A DNA stretch of 27,195 nucleotides from a virus (taxonomy: Duplodnaviria > Caudoviricetes). The notes below the pieces were generated by a model that made no database searches, was not told the origin of the DNA, and saw nothing but the letters and a program-made list of their open reading frames with translations. Location of the stretch: positions 1 through 27,195 of IMG/VR virus record IMGVR_UViG_3300012953_000177, one strand, 5' to 3'. Positions 1 through 9,200 of the stretch are shown piece after piece (positions within the stretch are counted from its first letter, which is position 1; the number at the start of each line of letters is the position of its first letter). The translations under genes and the position numbers were made by a program.

Positions 1-357
1 AATACTAAGTTCAAAACCAATATTATATGGAACAGGCATATAAACTTTTTTCGCAGTTGTTCCACCTTTTGCAAGAAAAGTTTGTGCGATTCCAGTTTTA
101 CGAGTTGGATCATATTGTAATCCCTGCATCTCAAAAGATAATCTAGGAAGAGTTATTGCAATCTCTCTGTCTAAATCTGGCTGTTGTTGAATTCTTGCAA
201 GAAATTTCTGCATTGGCCCATAAGCCAATGGCACCTTCATGGCACTAAAGGTTGTTCCACTCGCATCCTTATGTCGAATGTTAATATTATTAAAGAGGGT
301 TCCAAAACCGATAACCGTCTTTCTTAATATTTCATGATAGAAGTAAGTCCCTAACAT
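1..357 (-). CDS. gp15: Tail sheath stabilizer / tail terminator (T4 gp15-like), 3'-truncated by the window edge
   Basis: Absent from the ORF track, so translated manually from ATG at 357: MLGTYFYHEILRKTVIGFGTLFNNINIRH...KVPLAYGPMQKFLARI...ITLPRLSFEM...YDPTRK...PVPYNIGFELSI, open to base 1. These motifs are typical of gp15, and the gene lies directly after gp13-gp14. Confidence 0.93.
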   Translation of the reverse strand, partial: MLGTYFYHEILRKTVIGFGTLFNNINIRHKDASGTTFSAMKVPLAYGPMQKFLARIQQQPDLDREIAITLPRLSFEMQGLQYDPTRKTGIAQTFLAKGGTTAKKVYMPVPYNIGFELSI

Positions 358-373
358 ATCATTGCTTTCTAAC

Positions 374-380
374 TATTTAG
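374..380 (-). promoter_or_regulatory. Putative T4-type late promoter (CTAAATA) upstream of gp15
   Basis: Minus strand reads TTC-TAAATA-G, overlapping the gp14 stop codon, 16 nt before the gp15 ATG. It resembles the gp55-dependent TATAAATA / cyanophage (A/C)TAAATA box. Confidence 0.6.
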
Positions 381-1765
381 AAGGTTCCGAATGGATTGCC
401 CTCAGAGAAGTCTAAAATGGCATCAGCCTCTGTCTCAAAGTTTGCATTATCGTTATATTGATTGGCACTATATTGATCATTTGGATAGTCATTTGGTTGA
501 TTATAATCTATAGATAGTATAACATATTCTGCGCCAGATTCAAGTCCCTTAATCTTTTCACCAACTTGGAATTGCATTGCAGTTAACATACTAACATCTA
601 GAGTTCTAGAACCAGTATCCCATACTTTAACTCTTGCAGTTTCAGCAGAACTTGAAGATACTTGAACTATTTCATTAAAGATATACTCACCATTTCCAAT
701 CGTTGTAGCAGCACCAATTGTAATAGTTGGTGCAGAGGTATATCCACTACCAGCGTTACTGATTCTAATTGCACTAATTGTTCCACCAACCATGACTGCC
801 TCAGCAGTTGCATCTGTTCCTCCTGATGGTGCAGTAGTAATTGCAACATTTGGTGTTGTGGTGTAACCTGATCCACCAGATGTAATTGTAACGATACCTA
901 CAGAACCTAGAGAAGTAATGCCAGCGGTTGCTATACCAGCGCCTGGCACGGTTACAGTGGGTATTCCGATGTATCCACTGCCAGGATTGATTAAAAGAAT
1001 TCTATCAATTGATTTTGCAGTTCCAATACCTGATCTCGATGTCATAATCGCAACAGCAGTCGCATCTGTGCCAGGTGATGTAGTAATTCCAATTGTGGGA
1101 GCAGCTACATACCCATAACCATCATTCTGTAAAAATATCTGTTGAACTGCGCCAAAAGCTAAAGTTGTATTTGCAGTTGCATCACTACCAATACCAGATA
1201 AAATCAATCTTGCAGCATAACCTTCTGTTTGAACAGATTGATCTATTGCATTGACATTTGTATCAATAACCTCATCTTCATATTCAAAGAGTTCACATTG
1301 TAACTGATAAACGTAATTTTTTTGTAGTTGATAAAAAGGTCTCTCATGTTCTACAAACTTTATCTCAAACATTCTCTTTCCCAGTGGGAAAAATATTAAA
1401 TCTCCTTCTTTAGGTCTATTTGACAATTCATAATCATCTTCCTGTTGTTCTAAAAAAGGTGCAACCGCTTCTTCAAATCTTTCTTTTGAGATTACAAACG
1501 TCGCCTCATCAGTAACTCTTACACCAAATTTTGTGAGTATGTCTCCCTGTCCAGCATATCCATCAGTATTCATTAAATATGTTTCAAGAGGAAAAGCCTG
1601 ATCGAATCGAGACTCAATTACCTCTCTCATAATTGTTCTTGATGTCATCAATTTACGAGGTATGTAATGACACTCGATACCATACATCCTTAGTTGTTCA
1701 TTAACTAAGTCTTGAACTAATCCTTGCTCTCCTTTAGAGCCTTGTAAAAAAAATGGATTTAACAT
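377..1765 (-). CDS. gp14: Neck protein (T4 gp14-like, head completion) with an inserted Gly/Thr-rich repeat domain
   Basis: N-terminus NPFFLQGS..EQ.LVQDLVNEQLRMYG..HYIPR, internal GDILTKFG, RPKEGDLIFFP and FEIKFVEHERPFYQL..YVYQLQCELFEY, and C-terminus ILDFSEGNPFG. Located between gp13 and gp15. Confidence 0.93.
   Translation of the reverse strand: MLNPFFLQGSKGEQGLVQDLVNEQLRMYGIECHYIPRKLMTSRTIMREVIESRFDQAFPLETYLMNTDGYAGQGDILTKFGVRVTDEATFVISKERFEEAVAPFLEQQEDDYELSNRPKEGDLIFFPLGKRMFEIKFVEHERPFYQLQKNYVYQLQCELFEYEDEVIDTNVNAIDQSVQTEGYAARLILSGIGSDATANTTLAFGAVQQIFLQNDGYGYVAAPTIGITTSPGTDATAVAIMTSRSGIGTAKSIDRILLINPGSGYIGIPTVTVPGAGIATAGITSLGSVGIVTITSGGSGYTTTPNVAITTAPSGGTDATAEAVMVGGTISAIRISNAGSGYTSAPTITIGAATTIGNGEYIFNEIVQVSSSSAETARVKVWDTGSRTLDVSMLTAMQFQVGEKIKGLESGAEYVILSIDYNQPNDYPNDQYSANQYNDNANFETEADAILDFSEGNPFGTF
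705..1200 (-). repeat. Four degenerate protein-level repeats (I-x3-G-x-G-Y-x3-P-x-V/I) inside gp14
   Basis: LQNDGYGYVAAPTI, LINPGSGYIGIPTV, ITSGGSGYTTTPNV and ISNAGSGYTSAPTI, two of them followed by GTDATA.A.M. Boundaries are approximate. Confidence 0.75.
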
Positions 1766-2604
1766 TATCCAATCATATCAAGTGGGGGCATTTCATAATC
1801 ACTTGACATTTTAGATTTTATCTCAGTCAACTCTGCAACACCATCGTCATATATCTGACGACCATTTAACTGAATACCGCCAGGTAATTGAACCCCTTGA
1901 AACTTAATTAGATTTTGACCCCACTGTTTCTTACATAATGCAGTAAAATATCTTTTTAAAAATTGATCATTATATACTTGTGTAAAATCTTCTGGATCTA
2001 AGATTCGGAAACAATCAATAACAAAATAATCATTTACATTTATTTGTGCCCAATCAACATCGATATAAAGACGATCTTGACGAATATTAAATCTATATCT
2101 TACATCAGGATTTAACAAGAAAGTAATATCTTCAAGTTTAGTTTGAACCATTGAATATTGAAGAAGATCTATAGATCCAAAGGCATATAAGTCATTTAAG
2201 AATAACTGATAACGAATGTTGAACAAACCATCATAAACTGTGTCTGATCTAACTTTAAAGATGTTATTAACTCCAATTACAGATGGAGGCATTTGTATGT
2301 AATTATTATTTTCTTCTATATTAAAAGTTGTTGACAAACCAACTGTCGATGTTGTAGTTGTTGTTGTGATTCCTAAAGTTGAATCTCCTCCTCTCGCTTG
2401 TCCCCTATCAATATCATCTTGTGTAATTTTATACTTCAAATACATTCTTGCGATGCCATCATAATGTCTCTCTTGATATATCTGGACAGCATCGTCTAAC
2501 AGATCTTGAAACTGTTCATCTGCAACGTTGATCTCCAATACAGGAAAACCAAGTTGTCTTTTTGCGTAATCTATTAAACCTTCTCTAGAACTTGGTTGAG
2601 CCAT
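1765..2604 (-). CDS. gp13: Neck protein (T4 gp13-like, head-tail adaptor)
   Basis: P.SRE.LIDYAKRQLG.PVLEINV, ERHYDG, YND.FLKRY.TAL.K.QWGQNLIKFQGVQLPGGIQLNGRQIY and C-terminal PPLDMIG are characteristic gp13 motifs. Confidence 0.95.
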   Translation of the reverse strand: MAQPSSREGLIDYAKRQLGFPVLEINVADEQFQDLLDDAVQIYQERHYDGIARMYLKYKITQDDIDRGQARGGDSTLGITTTTTTSTVGLSTTFNIEENNNYIQMPPSVIGVNNIFKVRSDTVYDGLFNIRYQLFLNDLYAFGSIDLLQYSMVQTKLEDITFLLNPDVRYRFNIRQDRLYIDVDWAQINVNDYFVIDCFRILDPEDFTQVYNDQFLKRYFTALCKKQWGQNLIKFQGVQLPGGIQLNGRQIYDDGVAELTEIKSKMSSDYEMPPLDMIG

Positions 2605-2608
2605 TCTT

Positions 2609-2614
2609 CACCTC
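2609..2614 (-). promoter_or_regulatory. Shine-Dalgarno-like site (GAGGTG) for gp13
   Basis: Minus strand TAGAGGTGAAGAATG. GAGGTG is complementary to the 16S anti-SD and lies 4 nt before the ATG. Confidence 0.5.
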
Positions 2615-2979
2615 TAAGTTGAAATACCTGTTCTGACAAGCACATTTCCTTCTATAATTTTGAAGAAAGTAGAACCAGAACTTACATTGATATCATATAG
2701 ATATCTACCCTCAGATAAACTTCTAGTCACAGTTGAACCCATAGAAAGAGTTACTCTTCCATTTGAGTCACCAAGAGTCACGCCAAAAGTATTTGCAGTT
2801 CCAATTGCAGACTTCTTAATATTACTTCTTCCTGTATAGTTAGAAAAATCTATACTCGAACCAGCAGAAGTTTTGACGGTAAAAGTAGTGTTAAAATCTG
2901 CACCAGAAAATATGGTAAGATTTACACCATATGGAACAGCGACATCTGGATCAAAAGTGATTATCTGTTGTTGTGCCAT
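2614..2979 (-). CDS. Small virion structural protein, probable all-beta (BppU-N/LtfC-like) domain
   Basis: 121 aa with NLTI..GADF..TF, G.V.LS, L.EGRY.YD and IIEG.V.V motifs, which I recognise from small structural proteins of T4-like cyanophages. Preceded by a late-promoter-like box. The fold assignment is tentative. Confidence 0.7.
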   Translation of the reverse strand: MAQQQIITFDPDVAVPYGVNLTIFSGADFNTTFTVKTSAGSSIDFSNYTGRSNIKKSAIGTANTFGVTLGDSNGRVTLSMGSTVTRSLSEGRYLYDINVSSGSTFFKIIEGNVLVRTGIST

Positions 2980-2983
2980 TTTT

Positions 2984-3217
2984 CTAATTATTTAGTTTTT
3001 CAACAAGAGTAGATAGAAGACCTTTAATGTCTCCTAACTCACTCTTTACATTATCAAGATCTTCTTTCATTTGATCCAATTCAATGTTTTTGTTCTCCAT
3101 TGCTTTTTTTCGAGCAATGTAAGCTTTGTAACCATTTTTATCTTTGTTGACTATGGCAGCTGTATTGTTATCTCGATAAAGACCTTTTTGTCCTTCAACT
3201 GGTGTGTAATTACTCAT
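2984..3217 (-). CDS. Conserved hypothetical phage protein with C-terminal coiled coil
   Basis: 77 aa. VEG..GLYRD..TAAIVN motif followed by the heptad pattern LDQMKEDLDNVKSELGDIKGLL. The start overlaps the upstream stop (TAATG). Confidence 0.8.
   Translation of the reverse strand: MSNYTPVEGQKGLYRDNNTAAIVNKDKNGYKAYIARKKAMENKNIELDQMKEDLDNVKSELGDIKGLLSTLVEKLNN
2989..2995 (-). promoter_or_regulatory. Putative late promoter (CTAAATA) upstream of the 121-aa gene
   Basis: Minus strand AAA-CTAAATA-ATTAGAAAAATG. The box is embedded in the last codons of the 77-aa gene, 9 nt before the ATG at 2979. Confidence 0.55.
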
Positions 3218-6200
3218 TATGCAAATGAAATTCCTCTAAGTTCTTTAATTTTGGGTGGTTTTGCTTGATTGTTTCCAACCATTACAACTTTAATCTGGAA
3301 AGCTGTAAATGCTGGTATACCTCTTGAATTAAAAGAATACTCTAAAAATTCATCTCCAACACTAGGAGGAACATTTTGATCAGGTTCTCCAGTATTTTTA
3401 TTTGGATCAATAACCTTTTCAAATTGATCAATATTAGAGAAGCCTGGGAATGCTTCAAAATTACGATCAAAACTGTCCTCAGAAGATCCCTCTTCTAAAG
3501 TCTTATAAAATGCTCTAATAGATGATCCCTCTGTTCTATATCCAGAAAACTCTAATAATATAGAAGTTGCTGGACTGTCCAATACAATCATATTTGAAAT
3601 ATAAGTTGCAGTGTTAGGATCTTCACCAGTAGTTTTTGTTCTCTTCATGAAAGAGTCATTATTAAAATCACCATCACTTAATCTATTTGAAGATAAAACA
3701 ACAGACATTCTTTCAGAATCTATCATTGGTGAAATATTTTCATCATCAGAGGTTAAAGTAAATTCCATTGTTAATGATTTTTCAGCTGGCGTTACGTTTC
3801 TCAAATTAGCATCCTCATTAATATTTGATGCTATCAATCGAGGAGTCTCAAAATGATTCATCTCATCTAAAGTAACATCTTGGAATCCTTGATCTTGGAA
3901 AGACACTTCAGATCCACCCACACTCGTTCCAGAAATTGTTCTAACTTTAGCAGATATGGTTGTGCCTGGAGGAGTTGAAGTTTGAACATTTGGCGTTAGA
4001 GTTTCATACTGTATATTTTCTGTATGTCTCGCAACAGTTCCGCCATCATTCTTCGTTTCTTTAAAGAACAATGCTGGAAGACTACCATTACCAGTTCGGT
4101 CTTCGCCTGGAGACACACTGTTTAAACTTTTATTATCACTCATAATAATTCTGAGTGTATACTCATCTAAGGTGATTGGATGAATATTTGTGTTAACATT
4201 TCTAAAATTATGGAAACAATTAATTCTTCTTAAATTAACTCCATTAACTTCATACTTTTGAATCTGAGCTCCAACCTTGTATGATTTTTTAGGTGTTAGT
4301 TGTCCGCCACCAGCTCCAATCATGAATGATCGAGGGCCAATACCTCTAGTTGTAATTCCAGTAATTTGTCCTTCTGCAACACCTGTATATGCAACAATTT
4401 CAAGGCCATTAATCATTGCGTATCCGTAGTTAGTTGTTCCAACTCCAACGCCTTCAAATGTTGCAAAACTTGATGCATCAACAACAGATATATTACCTGT
4501 AGATCCTCTTCTATAATTTGATGTCAGAGAAGTGATAGGAGTATCTGGTTGAATACCTTTGATTGATACTCTATTAAGATCGCTATGCATACCATGAGCT
4601 CGATGTTGCACGACCATATGTTGTCCATCAAATATTGGATCAACTTCAAATGATGAAACTGTAGTTGCAGTTCCAACTTGATGATCACTTCCATCAATTG
4701 TTGTTCCAATTCCAGTCTTACCATCTAATGACAATATTACAGATCCATTGTTATACAATACAGTTCCAACACCAATATTAAATGTTCCTTGAACCTTATC
4801 AACAAACAAAGTATTTCTTGCAGTGATTAAACCAACTGAAATAATATCTCCACTACCATTTCCAAGGCCAATTGTTCCAAGACCAACAGTGTCACCTACA
4901 ACATAACCGTTTCCACCACTTGTAAAGGTAACTGCTCCAACAACACCATTATTAATTGTTACATCAGCGACTGCACCACTTCCTGATCCAGTTAAAGTAA
5001 CTGTTGGAACGCTAGAATATGTTTGAACTGCTGCAGCTGGAGTATAACCAACGCCAGGATTAATGATTGTGAGATCATTTGATCCGTTAATTGTTGCAAT
5101 ACCAGCAATATTCAACAATGTTGCAGATGCCTCTTCATTAGCAGCCTGTTTAATAATTACGCCAGGAACTAATCCCGTTGTTTGAGATGGTAGAGCAGTT
5201 CCAATTCCAATAGTAGCTTTTCTTGATAAAAACTTAACTGAGTTTGTTGGCAAACTTTCAATCAAATTATTTGCAACTGATATTGCTGGACTAAACATAC
5301 GAACAGTGGCTGGACTTCCAACATTAAATTTAGCCTTACGAAGAACAAACTTCATATCCTCTAACTGACTCGCATCCCAAGTTGTTCCGTTTTGAGATTT
5401 AAATAAACTACCCAAATATGGCGCTTGACTGATTATAACTTGTTCACTATCTGGTAAACTAGCCGTTGATATATCAACCTCACCCATTCTAGAAATCCAT
5501 GCTGAATAGTTTTCTGATGGTGTGACAAGAACAATCGCATATTCTTGAGCTCCTTCAACATACACAGGAGAATCAAATGTGAATGTAGTTCCTACACTTC
5601 CATCCTCTGATATATTAACTTCATCTGGATCTAGTGAAACAACACTATATGGTAGAATCTTAGATGTTGGGAATCCAGTTTGAACAGTTCTCAATTGAAC
5701 TGTCACAGGAATTTCATCGTCTTTATCTCTAAAGAACACTGTGACGGATGTTAAGAAAACACCAGAGCTTTCATCAACTCTAAAAGTTTGTGCAAGGGGA
5801 TCGTAATATTGAATACCAGTTAACTCTTTAAACTTACCTCCAACTTTCTTTGATATAGTTTCATTCAATACTTTCTGATCTTGAACACTAAGTTTTTTAA
5901 CCTTAGGCAATTTAGTGCTCATGACTGTCTCTTGAACTGTGTTCAAAGTTCCTTGTGCATAAAAGTTTGTCTCTCCATGACTTTTTACGCCGCCTGGAAT
6001 TTCTGTATTTGTTCGGCTTGGTGTTAATCTAAAAGTTTTAACTCCAGTTTCAAATTTAGGGCCCTTCTTATATTTTGGATCTTGAATACTCATCACACCT
6101 TTTAAGTATCCAAAGGAATCTGAAATAAATCTGTTTCCATAAAGTTCATAACCTTTATTATTATTTTCAGTATCACTACTTTTACGACCTTTCACCACAG

Positions 6201-9200
6201 CTTCCGCACCACTAGTTTGTCCAATTAATCTCATACCAGCTCTAACTTTTCCAAGAAATTCATCGTCAACCATATTCACTAAACTGAAAGTATCAAGGTT
6301 TAATAAAGTTGAAGATGATGAATATTTTGATGGAATAGTTTGTTTAGGATTATATGGATTCTTTTTATATGTTTTAGTTGGCGAATCAAAAGGCCCTTCC
6401 TTATGATTTGGTTGACATATTCTACAGACAAGTTCGTCCTTTCTACCATTTTTGAATAAAGGAGCATGTATTTTGTTCTTAAAATCACCGAAATCAACTG
6501 CCTGACCAAAATCAATTTCACCCTCAACAGTCTCACCAACCTCAAATACACCTTCTTGCATTTCAATTTCAACTAATTTAGGAGAACAGTAACCCTCCAT
6601 TCTTCTTCCGTCAAAAAATGGATAAAAACGAGTTCTTGGTTTGAGTCCAGTCGCAGTAAATTCAATTTGTCTCTTTCTCATGTAAGCAACCTTGTCACTA
6701 CTTACAATCTTTTCTCCAATTACCTCTGTTGTAATTTTTGGAGTAACTTTGTATTGAATGCCTTCTTTTGACTGTTTAGTTGTAATTTTAATGTCTTTGT
6801 ATTTTTGTTTTGTTGTTAATACAGCGTCAACAATCACACCTTTTCCTTTTCCTATCCACTTACCATTTAATTCAATAACCTTTTTGTAGTTTGGAATATG
6901 GGTTGTCTTAAGCTTGGCGCCTTTAGTTCCCTTTTTGCCTGGTTTTACTTTACCAAGTTGTTCTTTTGAAACAGTTTCAACGTAAGTGCCTTTAACTTTT
7001 TTACCTACCCAATCAGTCTGCCAAGCTCCCCACTCAATTTCAGAAAGACCTGTTTTTGCATTGATACCATGTTTCAATAGAGCTAAATCATATTCAGCTG
7101 TATTATGAATTATATTTGCATCTATTTTCTTAGTGTCTATCCAAGTATCAGAATCTGGGAATAATTTGACATCACCATCATAATAAGCAATCAAAAATGG
7201 GTTTACATTTTCAATACGAGATGCGTATCTTTGTCTTACCATTACAACTTCAGTATAATCAATGGTGATTCCACCTCCTATGGTATGTCTATTATTTGTT
7301 CCAGAAATATCATTAGCATATTTTAAATCTTTTTTTCCTTTTACAACACCATCTATTCCAAACTTACGTTTAGAAGCAGGCACTAGATCAATACAAGTTG
7401 TAAAATGTCCAGGCCTTAGATAACCATTTTCTTGATCTGTGCTTGCACTAAAATCAGGATGTCCTATTTGATGATTTTCATGTTTCTTAAAGTTATCAAC
7501 AAAGAAACCACATTTAAAACGATTTAAACCATTTGCATCTGTAACATTTAACGTGCTAGTTTCTAATTCAAGCATAGAAAGTCTAGTATAATACTCAACA
7601 TTTTCTAATCTTTTCTCAAGTCTTCCTATGTCAGCCATAGTGAAACGTTTATGTTTAGTTCTTTCAATTTGAACTTGAGATACTTCTTGTAAATATGGTG
7701 GGAGAGTTAATTTTGCAATCTCTATTGCATCACCAATTCCTAATGGTTCTTCTGGATCTTCTGAAGGAACTCCTTGAAGATATACAAATTCACCATTTTT
7801 ATCAAAAAATAGTTTATCTACTCTTCCAAGATAGTAATTATAGTTAACAACTAATAGTTCATCTGAAACCAATGGATTTAAAGATCCATCGCCTGTAGTT
7901 GTAAACTGTCTAGAACTAAAGCTAAACGGTGAGGTTGATGATGATGATGGATCGTAATTTGCAACTCTAGGTCTTAAATCAATTAAATCTGTTAAAAGTT
8001 GTTGATAATCTGGATCAACTGTGATTAAAGGTTTACTTTCAGCTGGGTAACTTGTCGCACTATAAAAATCTCCAGTGTCAGAACTTTCAACAAAGAAATT
8101 TTTAAATACAATTTTTAATTTTCTCTCTGGAGCGCCTGTATTATCAGTTTCAAAACGTTCAGAACCAGAAAGTGTTTTAGATCTTTCAATAAACGAATAA
8201 TCATAAAAAGTTGGTTTTTGTCCTGTATTCAAACTATAAAAATCAGTAAGATCTCGATCACCAGCTGTGACTGCAGCAACAACAGCAGTTATACCAGACT
8301 TTGATCCTCTAACAGTTTCACCAATTAAAAAATTCTCTTCATTTAAATTAACAACTCCAACAGATGTTGTTCCTGATCTTTCAGCCACAGAGACAATAGC
8401 ATCGCTATCTAAACCTGTTAATTGTTCTCCAAGAATTAAATCCTGATTTGATGAGTTTGGCCCAGAAAATCCACTCAATGTAAGCGATGGTAAATCTGGT
8501 TCTGAGTTATCTCTTGACTCAAAAACTCCTAATAATTGAACTGCATCTGGCACATTTAGACATATTCTTTCATCTTGAACTCTAGTTCCATAGGCATTAT
8601 GATGAGTCAGTCCATCATTTAAAGTATTAGTTCCAATTCCAGAAGCCGTTGAACTAGATCTATCAATAATTAAAACATTTGCTTCATTTAATTTTTTCTG
8701 TTTAGTAGTTACTTTTGATTTTAAAACAGTTGCAAAAAGATTTGCTTTGGTTACTGTTGTGTTTATTCCCACAAAAGTAACTGTTTTTTTATCATCTGAT
8801 ATGATAAGTTTATCTGAAGTTAATGATTCTATAGATCCATCATCGTATGATAGAAAATATCTTTCTTCATCAAAAGGTTGGAAAAATAAATTATTACCAG
8901 CTGTAGGTGTTGTAAATTGTCCGTTATTAACTGAAATATCTGTATATTGTTTTCTAATTTGAAGTGTTGAATTTGTTACATCAATACTCTCAATATCAGT
9001 ATTAGATACTGGTGTTAAAAAATTATTCTCACCAACTTCAAATGATGGCTTTAGAAGTAGTAAATCATTAACAAATAATGAAGTATCTGTTCCGATTCCA
9101 CCATTTGCAACACCAGTTACTGATGGTATTGAACGAATATTAATTTCATCTCCTGCTACAGTTACTCCTGTAATTCTATTAAATGTAGGAATAGTCTCCC

